Part shown: positions 14,221 to 22,789 of the stretch, piece after piece
Numbering within the stretch: position 1 is the first letter of the stretch
How the letters are laid out: each line of letters opens with the position of its first letter
IMG/VR virus record: IMGVR_UViG_3300007255_000005
Coordinates: 1-29,260 of that record
From: a virus
Taxonomy: Duplodnaviria; Caudoviricetes
Strand: one strand, 5' to 3'
DNA length: 29,260 nt
Made by a program: the position numbers and the translations under genes
The notes under the pieces: model-generated
Database searches by the model: none
Told to the model about the DNA's origin: nothing
Seen by the model: only the letters and a program-made list of their open reading frames with translations

Positions 14221-15905
14221 GCGAGATCCAGACCCTCGAGATCAGGCCGCAGCCAGGCCCGCAGGAAGCCTTCCTAGCGAGCCCCGCCGACATCGCGATC
14301 TACGGCGGCTCGGCGTTCTCCGGCAAGTCGTACGCGCTGCTGATGGATCGGCTGCGCGCGATCAACATTCCCGGTGTCAGCGCGGTGTGCTTCCGGCGCG
14401 AAACGCCGCAGATCAAGGCGCCCGGCGGGCTGTGGGAGGAGTCGAGCTCGCTCTACGGTCTCTTCGGCGCGCTCGCCTTCGACTCGAAGCTCGAGCACCA
14501 CTTCCCCGGCGGGCTGACCGTCAAGTTCGCGCACCTCGAGCGCGAGAAGGACGTGCGCAACTGGGATGGCCCCCAAGTGCCGATCCTGCTCTTCGACCAG
14601 CTCGAGGCGTTCACCCGCTATCAGTTTTTCTACATGCTCAGCCGCAACCGTGATCCGAGCGGCAAGATCAGGCCGTACGTGCGCGCGACCTGCAACCCGG
14701 ACGCAGGCTCGTGGCTCGCCACCTTCGTTAGCTGGTGGATTGCCGACGACGGCTTCGCCGATCTATCGCGCGCCGGCGTGCTGCGCTGGTTCGTGCGCCA
14801 GGGCGACGACCTCATCTGGGGCGATACGCGCGAGCAGCTCCTCGAGATGGGCCACGGCGATCCGGCGCTCGCGCTCGATCACCCCGAGCAGCCCTGGCTC
14901 TCCGTCGCCTACATCCCCGGCACGATCTACGACAACAAGATCGGGATGTCGAAGGACCCGGGCTATCTCGCGAAGCTCAAGAGCCTGGACATGGTCGAGC
15001 GCATGCGCCTGCTCGGCGATCCGAAGCGCGGCGGCAACTGGAAGATCAAGGCAGCTGCAGGCCTGCTCTTCCAGCGCACCTGGTTGACCAACGCATTGCC
15101 CGCGCTGCCACTCGACGTCGAGTGGATTCGCGGCTGGGATCTCGCGGGCACGAAGAAGATCGCGAACAACGATCCGGACTGGACGGTCGGCGTGCTGCTC
15201 GGGCGCTACCGCGGCGGGCCGAACCTCGGGCGCTTCGTCATCGGCCATGCCGAGCGCATGCAGGAGTCGCCACACGTCGTTGAAGACCGCGTGTTCAAGA
15301 CCGCGCAGAGCGATCCGCACGGCACATCGATCTCGGGCCCGCAGGATCCTGGCCAGGCTGGCAAGGCGCAGGCTGGTGCCTTCACCCGCAAGCTCTCGGG
15401 CTTCGATGTTCGATTCACGCCGGAGTCGGGCGACAAGGAAACGCGCTTTCGCCCGTTCAGCGCGCAGGCCGAGGCCGGTAACGTCGATTACGTGATCGGC
15501 GCGTGGAATGACGCGTTCTTCAGCGTGCTCGAAAACTTCCCCGAAGGTCCGCACGACGACGACTGCGATGCGGTAAGCCGCGCGTTCAACGCCTTCCACG
15601 GCACGCACACCGGCTTCCTCGAGTACGCCAGGCGCGAGCTCGAGCGCAGGAAGAAAGCGCTCGAGGAACGCGCGCAGCAGCTGCCACAGCCAGGCGGCGT
15701 CGAGATTGCGGATATGGGCGCGCTGCCCGGCGCGAACGCTCCGCTGCAGCCAGAGCCCGAGAAGCAGCAGCGCCCGCGCAACTCGTTCGGCGTCAGCGCC
15801 GGCGTCAAGACGCTGACGCAGCGCCAGGCGGGACCGAAGCCGATGACGGTAGCGGAGCGTGAGGCCGAGCACACCGGGACGTCCACCACGTGGCCCACGC
15901 AATGA
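14217..15905 (+). CDS. terL: Terminase large subunit (Terminase_6-like)
   Basis: PQPGPQ, Walker A GGSAFSGKS, RATCNP coupling motif, nuclease RGWDLA...PDWTVG...FPEGPHDDDCDA. Confidence 0.95.
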   Translation: MSEIQTLEIRPQPGPQEAFLASPADIAIYGGSAFSGKSYALLMDRLRAINIPGVSAVCFRRETPQIKAPGGLWEESSSLYGLFGALAFDSKLEHHFPGGLTVKFAHLEREKDVRNWDGPQVPILLFDQLEAFTRYQFFYMLSRNRDPSGKIRPYVRATCNPDAGSWLATFVSWWIADDGFADLSRAGVLRWFVRQGDDLIWGDTREQLLEMGHGDPALALDHPEQPWLSVAYIPGTIYDNKIGMSKDPGYLAKLKSLDMVERMRLLGDPKRGGNWKIKAAAGLLFQRTWLTNALPALPLDVEWIRGWDLAGTKKIANNDPDWTVGVLLGRYRGGPNLGRFVIGHAERMQESPHVVEDRVFKTAQSDPHGTSISGPQDPGQAGKAQAGAFTRKLSGFDVRFTPESGDKETRFRPFSAQAEAGNVDYVIGAWNDAFFSVLENFPEGPHDDDCDAVSRAFNAFHGTHTGFLEYARRELERRKKALEERAQQLPQPGGVEIADMGALPGANAPLQPEPEKQQRPRNSFGVSAGVKTLTQRQAGPKPMTVAEREAEHTGTSTTWPTQ

Positions 15906-16084
15906 CCGAACGCAAGATGAGAAAGCGCTCGCTCATCAACCGCCAGCTTCGCCGAGCGCTATCACTTGGCGAGCCGTTGCAGTTAGTCGATGGTGCGCTT
16001 GAGCGGCGCATCGCCAAAGCGCTCAACCCCTCGCCGATAGATCGTCCTTGGCCTTTCACTGATCGCGAGAAAGCTCGTGCGTAA
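15902..16084 (+). CDS. Small hypothetical protein
   Basis: ATGA overlap with the terL stop. Confidence 0.5.
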   Translation: MTERKMRKRSLINRQLRRALSLGEPLQLVDGALERRIAKALNPSPIDRPWPFTDREKARA

Positions 16085-16313
16085 GCCCACCGGGACGCTG
16101 CAAGAGCGGTTGCTCGCCATCCTCGCCGAAGGTGGACCGCGAAAGCTCCACATCCTCGCCGCATGGGGTGCCAATGCCGGCTTCAACGCGATGCAGTTTG
16201 CCGCCAAAGTGATCGAGCTTCAGAACCGAGGCTGGATCGTGCGCTCCGACCATGGACGCGAGGGCACGTTCCTCGGCCTCGCAGCTGGTGTGACGATTGC
16301 GGAGACAACGTGA
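16077..16313 (+). CDS. Small hypothetical protein, possible winged HTH
   Basis: LQERLLAILAEGGP...VIELQNRGWIVR pattern. Confidence 0.55.
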   Translation: MRKPTGTLQERLLAILAEGGPRKLHILAAWGANAGFNAMQFAAKVIELQNRGWIVRSDHGREGTFLGLAAGVTIAETT

Positions 16314-16543
16314 TTTGCCCGCGCACCAGCTTCGCGTGCTTCGACCTGGACTGCACGCTCTACGGCTGCGTTGGCGACGCGATTTCTCCCGGAGCCAATC
16401 GGAACAGGACGGCCGGCGAGCGCTCGCCGATCGTGGGTGGGGCGAACGTACTACAGCCCGACGCAAGTCTGGTCGCAGGCCCCTTAGCGTTTTCGGTTGC
16501 CGCCCCTGCAAAACCGTTCAACTTGCGAGGCCTGCGTGGCTGA
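16310..16543 (+). CDS. Possible small hypothetical protein (may instead be structured RNA)
   Basis: GGAG SD and GTGA overlap, Cys-rich N-terminus; atypical codon use in the 3' half. Confidence 0.35.
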   Translation: MICPRTSFACFDLDCTLYGCVGDAISPGANRNRTAGERSPIVGGANVLQPDASLVAGPLAFSVAAPAKPFNLRGLRG

Positions 16544-18395
16544 CAACCTGCCACCCGGCCGCCGCGTGATGACCGTCGCCGAGCGCGAGGGGCTCGTAAC
16601 GATGCATAAGGCTGAGCGCGCTCCAGGCCTCGGCACGAACGTCGCGCGCGCAACGGTCGATGCGGTGCGCACCGGCGCCAACGGCCTTTGGGGCGCGGTC
16701 TCGCGCATCCCCGCCGGCGTGCGCGTGTTCGTCTCCACCGTCACCGGGCAGACCTGGTTCGGCCCGAATCAGCCGCTCCCGCCGCAGGCCCAGCAGCCCG
16801 AGCAGGGCGTCGTCGGCCGCCAGCTCGACTATCCGTTCGGCTGGAACCTGCTCATCCAGCCGCGCCAGGAGGACGGCGGCATCTCCTTCTGGCAGCTGCG
16901 CGCGCTCGCCGACGCCTGCGACGTCGTGAAGGCCGCCATCCAGGTGCGCAAGGACGAGATCGAGGCCTTCGACTGGGAGTTCGTGCCCGAGGACCCCGAT
17001 GTCGACCCGGACACGATGGCCGACCAGATCGCCGAGTCGCGCGAGTTCTGGGAACGCCCCGACGGCAACGCTGACTGGACGACCTGGCTGCGCAAGTGGA
17101 TCGACGACATGCTGACCGTCGACGCGGTCGCGATCTATCCGGAGCGCACGCGCGGCGGGCAGGTCGGCGCGATGCATCTCATCGACAGCGGCACGATCAA
17201 GCGCGTCATCGATGAGTACGGCCGCACGCCGCCGCCGCCGGATCCGGCCTACCAGCAGATCATCAAAGGCTTCCCGGCAGTCGACTACACGCGCGACGAG
17301 CTCTTCTACACGATGCGCGACCCGCGCACCTGGAAGCTCTACGGGCATTCGCCGGTCGAGCAGATCATCACCACGATCAACCTCGCGCTGCGCCGCACGA
17401 ACTGGCAGCTGAACTACTACACCGAGGGCACGGTGCCGGACATGATCGTGTCGCTGCCGAAGGAATGGTCGGCCGATCAGATCGCGCAGTTCCAGCAGTA
17501 CATGGATGGCCTGCTCACCGACAACATGGACGAGCGCCGCAAGATGCGCTTCATCCCGGCGGCCGACAAGATCGAGCTGACCAAGAAGGAGATCCTCAAG
17601 GACGAGTTCGACGACTATCTCGTGCGCATCGTGTGCTTCGTGCTGCGCGTGTCGCCGCAGGCGCTGATGAAGCAGATGAACCGCGCGCAGGCGCAGCAGG
17701 CCGCCGACACGGTGAAAGAGCAGGGCCTGATGCCGACGCTGCGCTATCTCGAGCGCCAGATCAACAGGCTAAACCGCGACTACCGCGGGGTGAAGGGCAT
17801 CAAGTTCGCCTGGAAGATCGAAGAGCTCATCGATCCGCTCAAGCAGGCCCAGGAGCGCCAGCTCTACGTGGAAGCGAAGGTCCTGACGCCCGACGAGATC
17901 CGCGAGGACATGGGGCGCCCGGTGATGACGGCTGCGCAGCGCGAGGCAGCGTGGCCGACGCCGCCGGCGCCCGAGCTCGGCGGCAACAAGCCAAATAGCG
18001 ACGATCCATTCGCCAGCAGCGCCGCGGTGCGTGAGCTCATCAAGAGCCTCGCCGCGTCGAACGATCCCGAGCGCCTGACCAACGCCCTGCAGGTGCACGG
18101 CGACAACCTGGTCAAGGCCGTTCGCGCGATGAAACCTACGGTGGTCGAGCTCAAGCCGCGCGTCAGCTTGCGTGTGGACGGCGTCAACGTTTCAACGCCA
18201 GCGATCGACATGTCCGGAATAACCGAAATGGTCAAAGCGCATGGCGAGCAACTCGTGAAGGCGGTCGGGGAATTTGCGAAGGCGACTGGGCCCAGAGACA
18301 TCTACGTCGAGCCGCACGTGCACATGACCAAACCAGGTCGCACCGTGCACAAGCGCTCGGCCGATGGAACCATCGTGAGCGAGCCGGCGGAATGA
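16536..18395 (+). CDS. Portal protein with C-terminal extension
   Basis: After terL; WLRKWIDDMLTVDAVAIY, YQQII, YGHSPVE, YYTEGTVP, VLTPDEIREDMG are HK97-type portal motifs. Start at GTG 16536 (GAGG SD) is tentative. Confidence 0.93.
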   Translation: MADNLPPGRRVMTVAEREGLVTMHKAERAPGLGTNVARATVDAVRTGANGLWGAVSRIPAGVRVFVSTVTGQTWFGPNQPLPPQAQQPEQGVVGRQLDYPFGWNLLIQPRQEDGGISFWQLRALADACDVVKAAIQVRKDEIEAFDWEFVPEDPDVDPDTMADQIAESREFWERPDGNADWTTWLRKWIDDMLTVDAVAIYPERTRGGQVGAMHLIDSGTIKRVIDEYGRTPPPPDPAYQQIIKGFPAVDYTRDELFYTMRDPRTWKLYGHSPVEQIITTINLALRRTNWQLNYYTEGTVPDMIVSLPKEWSADQIAQFQQYMDGLLTDNMDERRKMRFIPAADKIELTKKEILKDEFDDYLVRIVCFVLRVSPQALMKQMNRAQAQQAADTVKEQGLMPTLRYLERQINRLNRDYRGVKGIKFAWKIEELIDPLKQAQERQLYVEAKVLTPDEIREDMGRPVMTAAQREAAWPTPPAPELGGNKPNSDDPFASSAAVRELIKSLAASNDPERLTNALQVHGDNLVKAVRAMKPTVVELKPRVSLRVDGVNVSTPAIDMSGITEMVKAHGEQLVKAVGEFAKATGPRDIYVEPHVHMTKPGRTVHKRSADGTIVSEPAE

Positions 18396-18808
18396 GCGTG
18401 CGCCTATCCAAAGCTGCATCTGCTGCTCGCTTCGCCGCGCTCGGCGCGCTGATCCGCACGGTCGAGATCCACGAGGGCAAGCGCCCAGACGACGTGAACA
18501 TGATGACCGAGCAGCGGCCGCTGGCGGTGGTGAGCGGCGCGAGCCTGAAGGTGGATGCCAGCGAGCAGGGCTTCACCCTCTCCGGCCTCGAGGTCGCGTG
18601 CGCCGCGCGCAAGGGTCTCGCCTCATGGTTTCGCGGGCTCGATGCCCAGGGCAACCCGGTGCTCGATGGCGTCGTGGGCAAGGCTGATCCCAAGCGCCAA
18701 GCGCCGGCCGACATGCTGATGGACGACATCCAGATCTGGGAGGGGATGGAAGTCGAGATCCCGGAATTCAGCTACCGCGTGAAAGCGCGCCTGGTGGCGG
18801 CCACATGA
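18392..18808 (+). CDS. Putative virion-associated protein
   Basis: ASWFR..D..G..VLDG.VG...ADM pattern resembles a common uncharacterised beta-rich phage family. Confidence 0.6.
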   Translation: MSVRLSKAASAARFAALGALIRTVEIHEGKRPDDVNMMTEQRPLAVVSGASLKVDASEQGFTLSGLEVACAARKGLASWFRGLDAQGNPVLDGVVGKADPKRQAPADMLMDDIQIWEGMEVEIPEFSYRVKARLVAAT

Positions 18809-18984
18809 TCATCGAAACGAAGCTCGGGCCGATCGACGAAGCGCTGCTCGAGAAGAAGATCTCCGAGCGCCAGACGCCAAGCGGCGTGATGCGCGCGACC
18901 GAGTATCGCAAGGACGGCGAGCTCGTGCGCCGCGACGCGGTCTTCAGTCCTGGCGAGAAGCTCTCGCAGGAGCCACTGCAATGA
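18805..18984 (+). CDS. Small conserved phage protein, 59 aa
   Basis: Below the track cutoff; MIIETKLGPIDEALLEKK...EYRKDGELVRRD; ATGA overlaps at both ends. Confidence 0.75.
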   Translation: MIIETKLGPIDEALLEKKISERQTPSGVMRATEYRKDGELVRRDAVFSPGEKLSQEPLQ

Positions 18985-19499
18985 ACGCTGCGCTGCGCCT
19001 TCCGGCATTCGACCTGATCGAGCTCGGCAAGCGCTGGTGGGCGCTGCTCGCCGGTCTGACCACGGCGATGTGCACGAGCTTCAAGGCCGAGGCCGCGCAG
19101 GCGCTGCACAACTTCACCAACGGCCAGCACGTTTTCAAGATGGCCCTGTTCAAGGCGAACGCCTCGATCGCCGGCACGTACGGCGCCGCGACCACGAACT
19201 ACTCGCAGATGGGCACGGACGAGCTGGGCACCGCCGGCGGCTACACAGCGGGCGGCGCGACCCTCACCAACACGACGCCTGCGACGGGCGGCACGACGGC
19301 CTTCTGGTCCTTCAGCAGCCCGGTGCAATGGACCAGCGCCACGTTCACCACGCGCGGCTGCCTGATCTACAACAGCTCGAGCGGCAATCGATCGGTGGGC
19401 GTGTGGGACTTCGGCGGTGACGAGGCGATCGTCTCGGGCACCTTCACGGTGAATATGCCGACCAACGACCAGAACAACGCGATCCTGAGGTTCACCTAA
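18981..19499 (+). CDS. Putative virion structural protein
   Basis: AMCTSFKAE...HNF...FKMALF...GYTAGG.TL...TRGCLIYN...DFGGD...NAILR is a family I recall from uncultured tailed phages. Confidence 0.8.
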   Translation: MNAALRLPAFDLIELGKRWWALLAGLTTAMCTSFKAEAAQALHNFTNGQHVFKMALFKANASIAGTYGAATTNYSQMGTDELGTAGGYTAGGATLTNTTPATGGTTAFWSFSSPVQWTSATFTTRGCLIYNSSSGNRSVGVWDFGGDEAIVSGTFTVNMPTNDQNNAILRFT

Positions 19500-19774
19500 T
19501 GGGCCAGGAATCTCAGGTCATCCACGCGCCGGACAGCACGGGCGCCGGCGTGCGCACGATCTCCGTGATCACGCTGATCAGCGGTGTGCCCACGACAGTG
19601 CAGATGCAGGTCGTGGCGATCGCCGACGAGGCTGGCAATGTCATCCGAGATTTCGCCAGCTACAACATGCAACTCGCGATGCTCTCCGAGCTTCGTGCGC
19701 TACGCCGGGCGCAGTCGCTGCAGAGCGGCGCATTCGATCCGGTCCCCGAGAGCCCAATCGCACTACAACCATAA
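19499..19774 (+). CDS. Hypothetical protein, 91 aa
   Basis: TAATG overlap; in the structural operon. Confidence 0.7.
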   Translation: MGQESQVIHAPDSTGAGVRTISVITLISGVPTTVQMQVVAIADEAGNVIRDFASYNMQLAMLSELRALRRAQSLQSGAFDPVPESPIALQP

Positions 19775-19786
19775 AGGCGAACGCCA

Positions 19787-20572
19787 ATGCTCTCACCGTC
19801 AGCACTAATCCGCGGAATCGTCAGCCGGTTCCTGCCGGCTGCCAACGCGGACAATCCGCAGGTCGATGTCCCGCCACGCTTCGGCCGCTACGGCGAGCAA
19901 TACGGGCTCTCGCTCGTGCGCAAGCAGCACCTGCTCGCGGACGAAGGCTCGTACTTCGTCACGAACAACAACGCGCAGGCGGGCATCCTGTCGAGCCCCG
20001 CTACCGGCTTCGTTGCGACGACGCCGGCGATGATCGTCTACAACACGGACAAGGCGTCGGCATCCGGCTACAAGCGGGTTTACCTCGACATCCTTGACCT
20101 GATCACCACGGTGGTCGGATCGGCAGCGTCGGGCTTGGTCAACCTGCAGGCGGCGCTGTATCTCGACAACGGCAACCGCTACTCCTCAGGCGGCACGGAG
20201 ATCACGGCCAACATCGTCGGGCCGAACGCCGATCTCTCGCCCAAGTCGATCGCGCGCGTGTGGTTCGGCGCGCTTACGGCCACGGCCGCCTCGGGCGCGG
20301 TGCGCGCGCTCTCGCCGCTGCGCGTGGTGCGCCCGGCCGTCTCGGGCACGGTGCTCGACGTGGTGGGCGAGACCAAGCACTTCAACTTCGGCGCGGTCGA
20401 GGCCCTGCTCAACGGCTCCATCACGATCGCCAACGCCAACAACATCCCGGTGCCTCTGCCGCCGGTCATCCTCGGCCCGGACACCTCGGCGCTGCTCTAT
20501 CTCTGGCAAAACGTGGGCGCGACCAACGTCGCCGCGACCTATGCACCAGAGCTCGCCTGGTTCGAGCGCTGA
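19787..20572 (+). CDS. Putative virion protein, Ala/Gly/Thr/Asn-rich
   Basis: 261 aa, beta-rich composition; ends WFER. Confidence 0.75.
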   Translation: MLSPSALIRGIVSRFLPAANADNPQVDVPPRFGRYGEQYGLSLVRKQHLLADEGSYFVTNNNAQAGILSSPATGFVATTPAMIVYNTDKASASGYKRVYLDILDLITTVVGSAASGLVNLQAALYLDNGNRYSSGGTEITANIVGPNADLSPKSIARVWFGALTATAASGAVRALSPLRVVRPAVSGTVLDVVGETKHFNFGAVEALLNGSITIANANNIPVPLPPVILGPDTSALLYLWQNVGATNVAATYAPELAWFER

Positions 20573-20578
20573 TCTGAC

Positions 20579-21583
20579 GTGACGCTCCTCGTCCTCCTCG
20601 ACGCACCGATCGACTTCGCGGTAACGCTGCAAGGCGTCTCCGCGCAGGGCGTGCTTGGCGCGCCGATCGTCGAAGAGGTGGTCACGCTGACCAGCGTCTC
20701 AGCGGCTGGATCCGTTGGCAGCTTCGTGCCGCAGGACACGGTCGCACTCACGGGCCTCGCGGCTACTGGTGTTGTCGGCAACTTGACTCCGGAGGAGCAG
20801 CTCGCGCTCGCCGGCGTATCGGCCACCGGTGCGGTCGGCACGTTCGTGCCCGAGCTCAAGCTCACGCTGGCCGGGATCTCGTCCGCCGGCGTCGTGGGTA
20901 CGTTGGTACCAGCCGATGTGCCGATGCTCACCGGCGTGTCCGCAGTGGGCGTGGTCGGATCCTTCATGCCCGAGGACGCCTTTGCGCTGGCTGGCCAGGC
21001 CTCGAGCGCCGCGGTGGGCGCGCCCGTAATCGAGCTCGCTGTGGCGCTCCCGCGGTTATCTGGCGCTGGCGCAGTCAACACCTTCGCGCCCGAGCTGGCA
21101 CTCACCTTGGCGAGCGTATCGTCCGCAGGCGCGGTCGGCTCGCTTGCTTTCCCGACGGATGCGACCGTGACGCTGACGAGCGTAACGGCCGCCGGCCTGG
21201 TCGGCGACGTTTCGGTGGATCTGGTGATCGAGGCGAGCAACGACGGCGCAGCCGCTCCGACGCGCATCCGCGTCGCCAAACCGCGCCGCGCGCTCGCGCA
21301 CTTCGCCTTGGAAGAAGAGGTCGAAGAGTTCGAGGCCGCCGCCACGCTCGTCACCCGGATCGTGAAGAAGCTGCGCGCCATCCAGGTACCGCGGCGCCGC
21401 GCGCTCGCGCCGGTGCAGCTGCTCGAGCCCGTGACCGGCAACTGGGCCGAGGTCCTCGCTCGCACGCGCCCGGCGCTGCGCTCAGTCAAGGCCATCGATC
21501 AGCACGAGCGCCCCGAGCTCGTCGCCCTGGCCAGGAGCCGCGACGTCGACCTTGAGTTCATCGCCATGCGGGAGGCCGCGTGA
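20579..21583 (+). CDS. Fibre-like protein with ten ~20-aa repeats
   Basis: Repeat consensus xxLxGVSAxGxVGxxxPEx, for example QLALAGVSATGAVGTFVPEL. Confidence 0.8.
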   Translation: MTLLVLLDAPIDFAVTLQGVSAQGVLGAPIVEEVVTLTSVSAAGSVGSFVPQDTVALTGLAATGVVGNLTPEEQLALAGVSATGAVGTFVPELKLTLAGISSAGVVGTLVPADVPMLTGVSAVGVVGSFMPEDAFALAGQASSAAVGAPVIELAVALPRLSGAGAVNTFAPELALTLASVSSAGAVGSLAFPTDATVTLTSVTAAGLVGDVSVDLVIEASNDGAAAPTRIRVAKPRRALAHFALEEEVEEFEAAATLVTRIVKKLRAIQVPRRRALAPVQLLEPVTGNWAEVLARTRPALRSVKAIDQHERPELVALARSRDVDLEFIAMREAA

Positions 21584-21852
21584 AACCAGAGACCGATCTC
21601 GAGCGTAACCAACGCGTCCTCGAGCTGCGCCAGCGCAAGGTCGTTGGCAACGCCGCGCTGCGCAAGTCTGTCGGCCAGCTGCGCGAGGGAAAGCTGCCGC
21701 ACGCCGGCGGCAAGCAGTACGCCAAAGGCCTGCGCCAGATGCTGCGTGCGGGCGAGCTCGAGGTCATCGACATCACCGCTCCCGGTCGGCTGGCGCAGTG
21801 CTCGCGAGCACCCAGCGCTGAGGGTTCGACTCCCTCCGGGAGCGCCACATGA
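21580..21852 (+). CDS. Basic hypothetical protein whose 3' end overlaps the tRNA-like element
   Basis: GGGAGG SD, GTGA and ATGA overlaps. Confidence 0.6.
   Translation: MKPETDLERNQRVLELRQRKVVGNAALRKSVGQLREGKLPHAGGKQYAKGLRQMLRAGELEVIDITAPGRLAQCSRAPSAEGSTPSGSAT
21778..21847 (+). ncRNA. tRNA-like element: acceptor stem, T-arm and CCA, without canonical D or anticodon arms
   Basis: GCTCCCG (21778-84) pairs CGGGAGC (21837-43); GAGGG-TTCGACT-CCCTC T-arm (21820-36); G discriminator then CCA (21845-47). Confidence 0.7.
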
Positions 21853-22457
21853 CGCTGCGCCGCATGCCTGCAGGCCTGCGCCAGCTCGCCGGCGTGGTCC
21901 TCGCCGTGATCATCGGGCTCGCGCTGACGCTCGCGGTGGCGCTGATCATTGATTTCATCGTGCGCAGCACGGACCCGCGTGCGGCCATGCGGCACACGCA
22001 ACTCGACATCATCGACGAAGGCGTTCTCCTGCATCCGATATGGCGGCCAGACGACTCGGTGCCGCCGTTCGCGCGCGAGCAGATCTCCATCGAGGCCGAT
22101 GAATCTTTTAACCAAGCAAAGGAGCAGCGCCATGAAGAAAGGTATGCAGGGACCGGTGCCAACGCCGGAGAAGTTCGCGCCTGGCGACTACGCGGAGGCG
22201 AGCAACCCGAGCGCGGCCAGCGGAGCGCGTGTCACGACGGGGGCGGAGTCGTTCCCGGGAACCGACGCGAAACAGGGCGCGAACCAGATGAACGACACGC
22301 GCGGGCCTGTCTCGGTCGGCAAGGCGCAGACGGTCGAGGAGCGCGAGGCGAAGCGCTGATCTATCGGGGCCGCGGCGGTGGCGAATCTGAACCTCCTCCT
22401 CCTCGCGGTTCTCGTCGCCTGCTGTCGGCCCCGGCCAACTTCCAAGGGAGAGCGTGA
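21849..22457 (+). CDS. Membrane-anchored hypothetical protein; C-terminal half overlaps a nested gene
   Basis: N-terminal TM LAGVVLAVIIGLALTLAVALIIDFIV; ATGA overlap at the start. Confidence 0.5.
   Translation: MTLRRMPAGLRQLAGVVLAVIIGLALTLAVALIIDFIVRSTDPRAAMRHTQLDIIDEGVLLHPIWRPDDSVPPFAREQISIEADESFNQAKEQRHEERYAGTGANAGEVRAWRLRGGEQPERGQRSACHDGGGVVPGNRRETGREPDERHARACLGRQGADGRGARGEALIYRGRGGGESEPPPPRGSRRLLSAPANFQGRA
22132..22359 (+). CDS. Hydrophilic, probably disordered 75-aa protein
   Basis: Strong AAAGGAG SD; GC3-rich codons; MKKGMQGPVPTP. Confidence 0.75.
   Translation: MKKGMQGPVPTPEKFAPGDYAEASNPSAASGARVTTGAESFPGTDAKQGANQMNDTRGPVSVGKAQTVEEREAKR
22365..22433 (+). ncRNA. Long intergenic hairpin with UCCUCCUCCUC apical loop
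   Basis: Four stacked helices: CGGGGCCG/CGGCCCCG, CGGCGG/CTGCTG, TGGCGA/TCGTCG, GAACC/GGTTC; G-U pairs favour the + strand. Confidence 0.6.
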
Positions 22458-22789
22458 TGCCGTTCATACCGAACATGCAGGGCGGGACCAACGCGATCGT
22501 CGCATCGTCTGGAAACTCGCAGAACCTGGCGATCCCGAACGGCGCCGGCCTCGAGGTGGCGCTGTTCAACAGCGACTCGTCCAACGACGCCTTCATCGAG
22601 TTCGGCACGTCCAACCAGGTCGTGGCCACGGCGCCGACGGACGGCCAGGCGGCCGGCGGCTCGATGCTGATCCCGCACGGGACGGTCGCGCCGCTCATCC
22701 TCACCATGCCGGCGGGCACCACGTTCTGGGCGGTCACCGCGCGCGCCGGCTCGCCGCGCGTGACGCTCACCAGGGGGCGCTGGGCGTGA
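22457..22789 (+). CDS. Putative small beta-rich virion protein
   Basis: AAGGGAG SD; MPFIPNMQGG; alternative GTG start at 22454. Confidence 0.75.
   Translation: MPFIPNMQGGTNAIVASSGNSQNLAIPNGAGLEVALFNSDSSNDAFIEFGTSNQVVATAPTDGQAAGGSMLIPHGTVAPLILTMPAGTTFWAVTARAGSPRVTLTRGRWA

Noticed and set aside
21778-21847. Canonical tRNA gene or att-site tRNA fragment
   Set aside because: Only 35 nt lie between acceptor and T-arm with no D-arm or 7-nt anticodon loop; both acceptor strands are present, unlike a 3' att duplication, and no integrase is nearby.
22378-22785. Lipobox-like start MANLNLLLLAVLVAC suggesting an o-spanin (Rz1) nested in the TM ORF
   Set aside because: The Leu run is the CTC repeat of the RNA hairpin loop; there is no SD, the frame runs on for 253 aa over another gene, and no endolysin or holin is adjacent.
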